Positions 25,060 through 37,600 of a stretch of DNA of 64,000 nt are shown piece after piece. The stretch covers positions 139,254,001 through 139,318,000 of the forward strand of contig CM059432.1 in the NCBI GenBank assembly GCA_030390025.1. The letters run 5' to 3'. Source of the stretch: Squalus acanthias (taxonomy: Eukaryota). Position numbers and translations under genes: made by a program. The stretch's first letter is position 1. Each line of letters starts with the position of its first letter. The notes below the pieces were generated by a model. The model saw only the letters and a list, made by a program, of their open reading frames with translations. It searched no databases and had not been told where the DNA came from.

Positions 25060-25745
25060 GACCCGTAATTTGCGGTCAGTGGTGAAGCGACGGCAATCGG
25101 CGCTGACCTCGAAGAAAGCTGCCCACAGAGATCGCGCGAGAACTTTAGCTTCCTTGAAGAGAAATTGATTATAGCGCTGTCAAAAGGGGAACTCCAGTGA
25201 ATAGCAGCAGTGATGTCATCAAGCTGTCTAAGCAGCCAATCACATTGAAGAATTCTCAGACAGCAAACCAGGAAATAAAAAGCACTGATTATCTGCACTT
25301 TTTAAAAATGTTACAGAGCACAAAATAAAGATTGGGGCATACACAAGGGGTTAAGGTAGAAGCTGAAATATGAACAAACTTTAATTATTTTTTAATCTAC
25401 TAACTTTTAATCATAATGGAGAAATTTGACATTCCACAAATATAAAATTACTTTTTCAGGGCCAGACAATTCTTTAGCAGTCAATACGCTGTTAAAAGCC
25501 CAGCTACACCTATTCCAACAAGGCTCAACATTTAATGGGGTGTTTATTAGTGATATTAGTGGGGAAAAGCTTACGTTTTTGTTAATTCCACTGATTTCCG
25601 GTTTTTAGTGGGGGGGGGTCCACAACGCAGCCTGTGTCGGAGCAGTGAATGACTGACCGCAACTTCAGAATTTCTGCATTTAGCTGCACATGCGCTAAAT
25701 CCTGAAGTTACGGTCAGTTTCAGAGGGGTAATGATGGCAAACGCT
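25060..25745. mobile_element. Probable non-autonomous DNA transposon remnant with an internal hairpin
   Basis: CpG-rich ends; 22-bp inverted arms at 25652-25673 and 25697-25718; no clean TIR pair seen. Confidence 0.4.
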
Positions 25746-27159
25746 GCATGCCATACACAAGACTTTTAGTAACACTAGACATACGCTACATAGGAACAGG
25801 AGTAGGCCATTCAGCCCCTCAAGCCTGTTTCACCACTCAATTACATCATGGCCGATCTGTATCTTATCTCCATCTGTCCGCCTTGGTTCCTTAACCCTGA
25901 ATACCCTTGACTAATGAAAATAGGCAGAAGGTCACCAGCATTTTCTATTTTTAATTCATTGTATACGAAGTGCAGGCACAGCAAATGGCATATGACCAGT
26001 TAATCTGTTTTTGATGCAATTGCATACAACGCTCTTACATTTTTCAATCCTTTATAAAAGTGTGCTTCATTGAACTTATTGAAGTGCTTGTCCACAGATC
26101 AAACTTTTAATTATATTTTGTACTCCCAAGATAAAACTAAATATGGAATGTAAAGCTGAAAAAGTGTAAAACATTTATATAGCGACTTTCACCACCTCAG
26201 GACGTCCCAAAGCGCTTTACAGCCAATTAAGTACTTTTTAAGGCAAACAACTTAACCGGCCATGGGAAGAATGTTAGCTGGGAGAATTCCCTACTCTTCC
26301 TCAAAATTGTACCATAAGATATTTACAGCCATTTGAACTGGGAGTCAGTTTACATCACATCTGAATGACAGCAGCTCTAACAATGCAACACTTCCGCCTG
26401 TACTGCACATCAGCCTAAATTGTGTGCACAAGTCCTGGAGTGGGGCTTGAAGGCACAGCCTTCTGACTCAAGATGCGAGAATGTTACCATTGAGCCAAGC
26501 TGACACAAAGTACTGTGCAATCATTTTGCTCATATCTATTATCCCATTATTAGTTGTAGAATCACTATTAATCTTCCTAGCAAGAATTAAATAATTACAA
26601 ATAAATAAATAATTGTATTGGGGAGAAAAAAATCATTCTGCACAAAACATACGCAAACGCGAACATATTCTACATCTTTTCGCCCAACTCGCCAGCGACC
26701 AAAAGATAGCATCTCTAAATGACAGCAGCTGACTTCTGTGAAGCTCAGATGATGCCTCACCCAGTGAGTTTTTCCCAGTACTGTACCATTAGATTCCCAT
26801 GATGGAATATATGCCATCCAGCATTACTTACTGCATGCAACGCTCTTTCATTTCCTCAATCCTTGACAAGTTTACTTTGTCGAATTTGTTGAGTCCACAG
26901 ATTAAACTTGAGTATATATTGTACTCCCAAGATAAAACTAAAACTGATGAATGGAATGCAAAGCTTAAAAAGCACTTCATTTTGCAAAACAAGACAAACA
27001 ACTTAACTGGTAATTAAATCAATAGCTGCATCCAATAAAAATAGCTCTGCCTCATTTTAAAATTTCCAATTTATATTTAACAGTATTAAATGCATATTAT
27101 CACAACACTTTTATAAAAAGTCCAATCCCATTCATCTTCATGTATAGTTGCTGCTCAAG

Positions 27160-27545
27160 AAACATAGAAAAATAGGAGGCCATTCGAGCCTGCTCCGCCA
27201 TTCAATATGATCATGGCTGATCCTCTATCTCAATACCATATTCCCGCTCTCTCCCCATACCCCTTGATGCCTTTTGTGTCTAGAAATCTATCTATCTCCT
27301 TCTTAAATATATTCAGTGACTTGGCCTCCACAGCCTTCTGTGGTAGAGAATGCCACAGGTTCACCACCCTCTGAGTGAAGACATTTCTCCTCATCTCAGT
27401 CCTAAATGTCCTACCCCATATCCTGAGACTGTGACCCCTCGTTCTAGACCCCCCAGCCAGGGGAAACATCCTCCCTGCATCCAGTCTGTCTAGCCCTGTC
27501 AGAATTTTATACGTTTCAATGAGATCCCCTCTCATTCTTCTAAAC
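27160..27545 (-). mobile_element. CR1 3' fragment
   Basis: RRMRGDLIETYKILTG...TEMRRNVFTQRVV peptide. Confidence 0.88.
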
Positions 27546-27679
27546 AAAAAGAAAGCCGCACATTGATACAAATACCTTCAAACAACAAAATTTAATACAG
27601 AGGAATAAGGTGCATAAAAGAGTGAGTGTGTTGGATAGTACTAGAGAAGATACCACCATATTAGATAGGAGCAGACTAA

Positions 27680-30522
27680 GAAAGGCTACGAAAAATTCAA
27701 AAATGGGTTTAGAATTCATGTACAAAGTGTGGTGAATAAGGTTGGTGAGCTACAAGCACAATTAGCCGTGTGGCAATATGATGTTGTGGCATTAACGGAA
27801 ACGTGGCTTAAAAACGGTGAGGACTGGGCACTTAAGGTGCAAGGTGTTCAGAAAAGATAGGGAAGGAAAAAAGGGAGGTGGGGTGGCAGTGCTGATTAAG
27901 GAAGACATTGTAGTGTTGGAAAGGGAGGGTGTTCTTGAGAGGACAAGGACAGAATCCATTTGGTTAGAGTTGAGGAGCAAAAAGGGTATGATCACGCTAT
28001 TGGGGGTATTCTATAGGTCTCCAAATAGTGAGAGGGAGGTAGAGGAGCAAATCTGCAGGGAAATCGCAGAAATATGCAAGAGCTAGAGAGTGGTGATATT
28101 GGAGGACTTTAATTACCCAAATATTGATTGGGATAATGCTAGGGTAAAGGGAAAGGAATGTGTTCAGCAGAATTTCCTTGACCAATATGTTCTTGGCCCA
28201 ACTAGGAAGGAGGCATTGCTGGATCTGGTGCTGGGAATGAGGTGGGCCAGGTCGACCAAGTGTCTGTGGGAGAACACTTGGATACGAGTGATCATCAGAT
28301 CATAAGATTTAGATTAGCAATGGAGAGGAGCAAGGAACAATCTAGAGTGGAACTGCTAAACTGGAATAGGGCTAACTTCAATGGGATGCGAATAGTTCCA
28401 TTTCACCCTGGCTAGATCCTAAGACTGACAGGAAAAACTGTAATGGAACAATGGGTGATCTTTAAGGAGAAGATGTTCCAAGTACAGGCTAGGTACATTC
28501 CAACAAGAGGGAAGGGTAAGGGAACCAAAGCAATGGCTCTTTGGATGACAAGGGAGATAGAGAAGATGATGAAACAAAAAAAAAGGTGTATAATGCATGT
28601 CAGATGAATTCTTCAAGGGAGAACCAGACCAAATACAATAAGTTGAGAGGGGAAGTGCAGATGAAAATAAGATTGGCAAAGAGAGAATATGAGAGTAGAA
28701 TGGTGGTTAACATAAAAAGGAACCCAAAAATCTTCTACCGACATGTAAACAGTAAGCAGGTAGTAAGAGGCGGGGTGGGGCCTATTAGAGACAAAGAAGG
28801 TGATATATGCTTAGAGGCGCAGGGCAAGGCTAGAATACTCAATGAGTACTTTGTATCGGTGTTTACTAAGGAAGTGGATGCTGACAAAATATCGATAGAA
28901 GTGGAAAAGGTAGAAGCAATGGAAGGGGTGAAAATTGATAGACAGGATGTACTAGAAAGGCTGGGTATGCTTAGAGTGGATAAGCCGCCTGGTCTGGATG
29001 GCTTGCATCCCAGGTTGCTAAGGGAATTGGGGGAGAAGATAGCAGAAGGGCTTGCCATAATTTTCCAATCTTCCCTGCAGGGGAGGTGCCTGAGGATTGG
29101 AAAGTGGCAAATGTGACACCATTGTTCAAGAAAGGGTGCAAGGACAATCCTAGTAACTACAAGCCAGTCAGTTTAACATCAGTAGTGGGTAAAGTTTTAG
29201 AAACAATAATCAAGGAAAAAATTAACAGGCATTTGGAGAGGTTTAAGCTAATTAAGGAGAACCAACACAGGTTTGTAAAAGGAAGATCATGTTTAACTAA
29301 TCTAATTGAATTTTTTGATGAAGTAACAGGGAGGATTGATGAAGGGAATGCAATGGATGTTGTCTACATGGGTTTTTGGAAGGTGTTTGACAAAGTACCA
29401 CATAGAAGGCTGGTTAACAAAATTGAGGCTCATGGAATAGGTGGGTCAGTGGCAGCTTGAATAAGGAATTGGCTTAAGGACAGAAAACAGCGAGTTGTGG
29501 TAGATGGCTGCTTTTCAGACTGGAGGATGGTAGACAGTGGTGTTCCCCAAGGGACAGTACTGAGGACACTGCTTTTTTTGATATATATATAAATGACCTG
29601 GATATTGGAATACAGAGTAGAATTTCTAAATTTGCCGATGACACCAAACCTGGGGGTGTGGCAAACAGTGATGATGATGATATCAATCAATTGCAACAGG
29701 ACATAGAAAGGCTAGCAGAATGGGCAGATGGAATTTAATAGAGAAGTGTGAGGTGATGCATTTTGGCAGAAGGAACAGGGAGAGGCAATACACACTTAAT
29801 GGCACAGTTTTAAAGAATGTGCAGGGACAGAGGGACCTGAGAGTTAATATGCATAGGTCCCTAAAGGTGGCAGGACATTTTGAGAGTGGTTAACAAAGCA
29901 TATGGGATCTTGGGCTTCATAAATAGAGGTATTGAGTACAAAAGTAGAGAAGTTATGCTGAACCTTTATAAAGCGCTGGTTAGGCCACAACTGGAGTATT
30001 GCTGGTCACCACACTTTAGGAAGGATGTGAAGGCCCTTGAGAGGGTGCAGAGGAGATTTACCAGAATGGTTCCGGGGATGGGGGAATCTTAGCTACAAGG
30101 GCAGGTTGGAGAAGCTGGATTTGTTTTCATTAGAGCAAAGGAGGTTGAGGGGTGATTTGATAGAGGTGTACAAGATTATGACTGGTTTGGATAGGCTAGA
30201 CGGGGAAGGCTGTTCCCACTAGTTGATGGTACAAGAACGAGGGGACACAGATTTAAGGTTTTGGGCAAGAGATACAGGGGGGATGTGAGGAAAAGCTTTT
30301 TTATGCAGCGGGTGGTGAGGACCTGGAACTCGCTGCCGACGGAAGTGGTGGAAGCGGAGACACTCAATGTTTTCAAGGAGAGACTGGATAGGCACTTGAA
30401 GGAAATAAACTTGCAGGGCTACGGGGATAGAGCGGGGGAATAGGACTGACTGGATTGCTCTACAGAGAGCCGGCACGGACTCGATTGACTGAATGGCCTC
30501 CTTCTGTGCCGTTATGACTATG
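27680..30522 (+). mobile_element. CR1 ORF2 (APE-RT), near complete, frameshifted
   Basis: VALTETWL, GGGVAVLIK, DFNYPNIDW, WKVANVTPLFKKG, KFADDTK motifs and 3' tail. Confidence 0.92.
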
Positions 30523-30705
30523 AGAATGGCACCAGCTACGAGGGATGGAGCGGCAGGGATGCTGCAGCAGGGGTGTGGGGGAATAATAGCTTCAGGTGAC
30601 AGAAGTATTCAAGATCTCAGGTTCACTGGTCAAACGAACAAACGCCTTTCACAAAGCTTTTTACAGCCAATTAAGTACTTGTTAAAGTGCAGTCACTGTT
30701 GGAAT

Positions 30706-32125
30706 GTAGAATCATAGAGCACAGAAGGCAGCCATTCAGCCCGTCGAGCGCATGCCGACTCTCAGCTCGTTCCACTCCTCTGCCCTTTCCCCGTAGCCCT
30801 ACAATTTTTTTCCCTTCAGATACTTATCCAACTCCCTTTCGAAAGATAAGATCGAGTCTGCCTCCACCACCCTTTCAAGCAGTGCATTCCAGATCTTAAA
30901 CACTCGCTGCGTAAAAGTTTTCTTACGTCGCCTTTGGTTCTTTTGTCAATCACCTTAAATCTGTCTCCTCTGGTTCTCGACCCTTTGCCAATGGGAACAG
31001 TTTCTCTCTATCTACTCTGTCCAGGCCCCTCATGATTTTGAAGACCTCTATCAAATTTCCTCTCAATCTTCTCTGTTCCAAGGAGAACAACCCCAGCTTC
31101 TCCAGTCTATCAACGTAACTGAAGTCCCTCAGCCCTGGAATCATTCTCGTAAATCTTTTCTGTACCCTCTCTAAAGCCTTCACATCCTTCCTAAAGTGTG
31201 GTGCCCAGAATTGGACACAGTACTCCAATTGGGGCCAAACCAGTGTTTTATACAGGTTCATCATAATTTCCACACCTTTGTACTCTATACCTCTATTCAT
31301 GAAGCCCAGGATGCCGTAAGCCTTTTTAACTGCTTTCTCACCTGCCCTGCCACCTTTAACGATTTGTGTACACATATCACCAGGTCTGTTCATACACCCC
31401 CTTTAGCATTGTACCATTTAGTTTATATGTCCTCACCTCATTCTTTCGACCAAAATGTATCACTTCACACTTTTCGGCATTAAATTTCATCTGCCACGTG
31501 TCCGCCCATTTCACCAGCCTGTCTATGTCTTCCTGAAGTCCATCACTCTCCTCCTCACTGTTCACTATACTTTCAAGTTTCGTGTCATCTGCAAAGTTTG
31601 AAATTGCACCCTGTACACTCACTTCCAAGTCATTAATATATATCAAGAAAAGCAGCGCTCCTAGAACCGACCCAAGGAACACCACTATATACCTTCCTCC
31701 AGTCCAAAAAACAACCATTCACCACTACTCACTGTTTCCTGTCACTTAGCCAATTCCGTATCCATGCTGCCATTCTCCCTTTTATTCCATGGGCTTCAAC
31801 TTTGCTAGCAAGCCTATGATATGGCACTTTATCAAGTGCTTTTTGGAAGTCCACGTACACCACATCAACCCTCTCTATTACCTCATCAAAAAACTCAATC
31901 AAGTTAGTTAAACACGATTTGCATTTAACAAATCCGTGCTGGCTTCCTTTAATTAATCCACACTTGTCTAAGTGACTGTTAACTTTGTCCCTGATTATCA
32001 TTTCTAAAAGCTTCCCCACTACCAAGGTTAAACTGACTGGCCTGTAGTTGCTGGGTTTATCTTTACACCCTTTTTTGAACAATGGTGTAACATTTGCAAT
32101 TCTCCAATCATCTGGCACCATTGGA
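30706..32125 (-). mobile_element. 5'-truncated CR1 (RT and tail)
   Basis: WRIANVTPLFKKG, FADDTKL and LEYCVQFWAP peptides. Confidence 0.92.
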
Positions 32126-32640
32126 ATATTATGGCCAGTACCTCTGCGATTTCCTCCCTCACAATTCCCTCAGCATCCTAGGATGCATCCCACCCACTCC
32201 TGGGGATTTATCTACTTTAGGAAACGCGGCAGCCAATTTTCACACAGCAAGCTCCCACAAACAGCAACGAGATAATTACCCTGATAATCTGTTGGTTGAG
32301 GGAAAAATATTGGCCAGGACACCAGGGAGAACTCCCCTGCTCTTCTTCAAAATAGTGCCCTGGGATTTTTACGTCAACCTGACAGAGCAGACTGGGCCTC
32401 GGTTTAACGTCTCATCTGAAGGACAGCACCTCTGACAGTGCAGCACTCTGTCAGCACTGCACTGGAGTGTCCGCCTAGATTTTTGTGCTCAAGTCTCTGG
32501 AGTGGGACTTGAACCCACAAACCTTCGGACTCAGAGGCGAGAGAGAGAGTGCTACCCACCCACTTGCTCTCTGGTTTCTCCCATCCCCAGCCTACCCTAC
32601 CCTGGTCACATTGCCCGCCAGGGGCCGGGGCCGGGCTCAC

Positions 32641-32712
32641 CTGCTTGACGTTGCCTGGGAGCTTGGACCACGGGTAGTTCTGACGGATGTGAAACTCCAC
32701 GTCAATGTTCAT
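32641..32712 (-). CDS. FAM91A1: FAM91A1 coding exon 1 (MNIDVEFHIRQNYPWSKLPGNVKQ)
   Basis: GCC-ATG start; CAG|gtgagc donor; matches the recalled FAM91A1 N-terminus MNIDVEFHIRHNYPW. Confidence 0.97.
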
Positions 32713-33040
32713 GGCGAGCGGCCTGTCGGTCCGGCCCAGAGCAGAGCCAGAACAGGCCCGGCCCGGGACCGACTGCTGTCAGGGGTTTGATGACCGGCTT
32801 TGTCGGTTCCGCTTAATCCATGGCGACGCACCAGAGGGAGAGGGGGGGGATGTGTGAGAGGGGAAACCAGAAGGCGGCCGCAACTCACAGCCTGCACCCC
32901 AGGCCGGCCGACCGGCCTCTCACTCGCTCCCTCACTGCGGCCCAAGGGCGCTCACTTCCGACTTCACGGGCAACCGGACGCCATCGCTGCGGGCCGGCAC
33001 TCCGCTGCGTGCGCGCACCCTCGCCTCAAACGTGCGCGCG

Positions 33041-33235
33041 AGGGCGTGGCCGAGAGGGATGGGGCGTGGCCGAGAGTGCGAGAGGGAGGGGGCGTGACCG
33101 AGAGTGCGAGAGGGAGGGGGCGTGGCCGAGAGAGCGAGAGGGAGGGGGCGTGGCCGAGAGAGAGTGTGTGAGAGAGGGGGCGTGGCCGAGAGGGATAGGG
33201 GCGTGGCCGAGAGGGAGAGGGCGTGGCCGAGAGTT
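33041..33235. repeat. Tandem array of 8 GGGCGTG(G/A)CC units with GA-rich spacers
   Basis: Units near 33042, 33061, 33089, 33117, 33145, 33177, 33198 and 33218. Confidence 0.9.
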
Positions 33236-33397
33236 CGCGCAGGCGCCCCGCTGTTCCGACGTCAGAGGCTGGCTGCCTGCCCGATTTAAAGGGGCAGCAA
33301 GCCGGTGCTGCTGCTGCTGCTGCTGCTGTTCTGGGTGGTCAGGTGCCAACCGGAGAATTGTCCCAATGGGCAAGACAGAGACATAGAAGCAAAAGCT

Positions 33398-33575
33398 CAC
33401 GCCCGAGATGGAGCACGCGGCGTCCACCGGCACGCTTGAGGCCTTCCGCGACCGGAGCTTTATCACCCCCACCCCGCCCCGGAACAGAATTTTAATTTGA
33501 GTTGTTAATTTTTTTTTGAGATTTGTTTAATTTACAGTTTATTGGTTGTGCCCCTTTAAGAAGGGGGCACTTGCT
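33398..33575 (+). mobile_element. Tx1-clade L1-like 3' end fragment
   Basis: Matches 42690-42805 (EMEHAxSxGTLExFRDR); 3' hairpin GTGCCCCTT-TAAG-AAGGGGGCAC. Confidence 0.7.
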
Positions 33576-34109
33576 GCCTTTTAATTGATGGTGGCAATTG
33601 CCATCAATCAGCATTACCAACATAACAGAGGTAGACATAGAAACAAATTATTTGGTCATTATCACATTGCAGTTTTTGGGAGCTTGATGTGCGTACTGCC
33701 GCGTTTCCCTACATTACAACAGTGACTGCACTTCAAAAAGTACTTCATCGTCTGTAAAGCGCTTTGGGACGTCCTGAGGTTGTGAAAGGCGCTATATAAA
33801 TGCAAATCTTTTTTAGAATCATAGAGCGCAGATGGAGGCCATTCGGCCCATCGTGCCTGTGCCGGCTCTTTGAAAGAGTGATCCAATTAGTCCCACTCCC
33901 CTGCTCTTTCCCGTAGCCCTGCAAATTTCTCCTTGCGGGAGTTCTATTTTTTCCAAAAACCACAATTGCGTATTTGAGTGGTACAACACCTGGCAGTATG
34001 TTTGGAACAGTTGACGATTAGTGGTGGTTACATACAGGTAACAAGGGCTGCACCCATTCATTGTTTAATAGGATGATAACCCATAAGGAGACACTAGGTT
34101 ACTCAAGTG

Positions 34110-34665
34110 TCACCAACCGAAAACCAAATAAAGGGGCACAACTAAAAATCACAAAAACCAAAGGAAACTTATAAAACTTAAATAATAACGTTATTGCTAT
34201 TATCCACAACACACTCCAGTCCCTGCGGTACCCACCGGTCGGTGAAGGCCTCAAGCACACCACGTGCTCCTTCTCCAAGGGCATCCAGGCACGGACAAGG
34301 CCACGGAAGAGAGGCAGGCAGCCAGAGCCCCCCCCGCCCCCCGCACCCCACAGGCCATATCCAACCTGGAACTCTGTGTGGCAACTTGGCCAGGCCCAGG
34401 AGCAGACCCACGAGGAGGTCTTCTGACTTGCCCCTCTGCACTGGGTGGCCAAAGATCAGGAGCGTGGGACTGAAGTGGAAGCAGAAGTTGAATAGCGGCC
34501 CCTTCAAATAATGGAAGAGGGGCTGCAACATCCCACACTCCATGTAAATGTGGAACATGGACTCATCCAGGGCGCAAAAGTTACGGGCTACCTGGGAGTC
34601 TGTAAAATAGCTTAAGTACCTGTTGGACGGTACTGCTCCGTGTAACACTCTCCAACCCAGATCCC
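34110..34665 (-). mobile_element. Tx1-clade L1-like 3' fragment (zf-RVT region)
   Basis: LHGAVPSNRYL...FCALDESMFHIYMECGMLQPLFHYLKG peptide. Confidence 0.8.
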
Positions 34666-37600
34666 CAAAGGTGCAGTGAGGATTTTACCAGAATGGTAGC
34701 GGAAATGAGGGACTTCAGTTATCATAGAATCGTAGAATGATACAGCACAGAAGGAGGCCATTTGGACCATCTTGCCTGTGTCGGCTCTTTGAAGGAGCTA
34801 TCCAATTAGTTTCATTCCCCTGCTCTTTCCCTCATAGCCATCCAAATTTTTCCTTTTCAAGTATTCATCCAATTCCTGGTTTGAATGTTATTATTGAATC
34901 TGCTTCCACCACCCTTTCATGCAGTGCATTCCAGATCATAACAACTCGCTGCATTAAAAAATTCTCCTCATCTCCCCTTTGTTTCGTTAGCCAATTACCT
35001 TAAATCTGTGTCATCTTGTTACCAATCCCTCTGCCAATGGAAACAGCCCTCCCCACCCACTCCACCAAAACTCTGCAGAGAGACTATAGAACATGGGAAC
35101 AGGAGGAGGCCTTTCAGCCCCTCGAGCCTGTTCCGCCATTCAATTAGATCATGGCTGATCTGTATCTTAACTCCATCTACCCGCCTTGGTTCCATATCAC
35201 TTAATAGCCTCACATAACAAATATCAACCTGAGTTTTGACATTTTCAATTGACCCCCCAGTCTCAACAGCCTTTTAGGGAGAGAGTTCCAGATTTCCACT
35301 ACCCTTTGTGTAAAGAAGTGCTTCCTGACATCACCCCTGAATGGCCTAGCTCGAAGTTGGCATAGTATGTAAGATCAATGAGGCTGCCTAAAGCAAGTGG
35401 TGAGATTAGAGTTCAATGACAAGATATTACTGACATTGGGGAGAATTGACAATTGGTGTGTCATCAGCAACAGATATTCAAATTTAGGACATCTTTTGCT
35501 TTTTCTACTTGGAAACCTACATGCAACAATAACAACAACAACATACATTGATATAATGCCATTGACGTAGTAAAACGTCCCAAGGTGAGTGACAAATCAA
35601 ATATGCAAATCAAAGCATTCAGGTTCATTTTTTTATTGTTCACTCAAAAACTTGTGTTGGTAATGAAATTATAAAAATGCAGTTGCTTTTCTTTCTGTCA
35701 GTATGAATATTCTGTAATTTAAAATGTAAAGAAGCAGTGTCTTCAGAATGAAATGCTTTGATCACAACATGTGCAAGTGATAGAGTGATGCATTTTGATT
35801 TATTTATCATAAAGAATGTTCGCCTTTAAGGTACTATAACAACAACAGCTTGCATTTATATAGCGCCTTTAACGTAGTAAAACATCCCAAGGCGCTTCAC
35901 AGGAGCGTTATCAAACAAAATTTAACACCGAGTCACATAAAGAGATGTTAGGGCAGGTCAAAGGAGGTAGGCTTAAAGGAGCGTCTTAAAGGAGGAGAGA
36001 GCGATAGGGAGGAATAGAGGTTTAGGGAGAGAATTCTAGAGGTTAGGGCCTAGGAAACTGAAGGCACGGCCGCCAATGTGGAAGAGGCCAGAATTGGAGG
36101 AGCGCAGAGATCTCGGAGGGGTGTAGGGCTGGAGGAGGTTACAGAGATAGGGAGAGGGGCGATTTGAAAACAAGGATGAGAATTTTAAACTCCAGGCATT
36201 GCTGGACCGGGAACCAATGTAGGTCAGCGAGCACAGGGGTGATGGCAAGTTCGTTTAGGCAGTGTCAGTGATTACATCGAATTTACAGCACAGAAACAGG
36301 TCATGGCGGTATTTATGCTCCACACGAGCCTTCTCCCACCCTATTTCATCTAACCCTAACCTTCTGTTAGAAAAGGCCACGTTTAATGTAACCTAGTGCA
36401 AACCTCTAAAACAGTTTGTACATCCATATCAATACATGTGTCATGGAAATCATTAGCTGGTGCAACCGTGAGCTGGTACTGACTGTTCACCGCTGATAGC
36501 AGGATTGACCTTATTATGTAGATAGCAAAGGTAGTTCATGTCAGTCAAACGTTCCTGGTTTCGGTGTGTGTCTTTGGAAATCAAAAAGTTGTTTTTACCT
36601 CAGTTACGTATTTGCTAATGCCAGTATGTTTGTGGTGGCAGAATACAAAAGACTACGCTACATAAAGCAAAAAAGATAGTTCATTCTTTTTATGGCAAAA
36701 TAAAAATAGGACGGTAGTTGTACTTGTTAATTCTGTGCAAACTGTAAATGTTACGGCTAGGATTGCTGTCGTCATAATCAGGACATTTGAAAGGTGGACC
36801 TAAAGTGATTATTTTTCAGAGATGTGGGTGATAATGATTATTTGTTATTTATTTTCAACAACAACAACAACAACTTGCATTTATAGAGCGCCTTTAACGT
36901 AGTAAAACATCCCAAGGCCCTTCACAGGAGCGTTATCAAACAAAGTTCGACACCGAGCCACATAAGGAGATATTAGGACACAAAAGAGGTAGGTTTTAAG
37001 TATAGATTTAAAAGAGGAGAGAGAGAGAGACGGAGAGGTTTAGGGAGGGAATTCCAGAGCTTGGGGCCTTTGGCAGCTGAAGGCACGGCCGCCAATGGTG
37101 AGGCGATGGAAATCGGGGATGCTCAATAGGCCAGAATTGGAGGAGCGCGGAGATCTCAGAGGGTTGTGGGGCTGGAGGAGATTGCAGAGATAGAGAGGGG
37201 TGAAGTCATGGAGGGATTTGAAAGCAAGGATGAGAATTTTAAAATTTTCCTGCAGTGAAGCTTTAACAGCAGCAATCTTGTGGATATTTTTAGCAGCTCT
37301 CAAAGCCGAACTGCAACACAACATGCTGTGAAATGTGTCCAGTCAAGTAGCAGAATCACCAGGTTCAGAGAATTATGAAACCACAGATAAAAAACACAAC
37401 CACTGCTCTCTTTTCATAGCTTCCTCAATTCCCTCCCTAAACCTCCCTTAAGTACTTTTGCAGTGTAGTCACTGTTATAATGCAAGAAACGAAGCAGCCA
37501 ATTTGCACACAGCAAGCTCCCACAAACAGCAATGTGATAATGACCAGAATATTTGTTTTTAATGATGTTGGGTTGAGGGATAAATGTTGGCCCCAGGACA

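Larger units (their letters stand above)
32600..33300 (-). promoter_or_regulatory. CpG-island promoter and 5' UTR of FAM91A1
   Basis: High GC/CpG content; ETS core CACTTCCG at 32953-32960; NRF1-like GCGTGCGCGCA at about 33007-33017; GC-box array. Confidence 0.8.

Noticed and set aside
33041..33235. CRISPR-like repeat-spacer array
   Set aside because: Vertebrate DNA; spacers are short, similar GA tracts; no cas genes
32820..33495. Long GC-rich ORFs over the promoter, including one with poly-Q
   Set aside because: Explained by the CpG island, GC-box repeat and CTG tract; no splice or homology support
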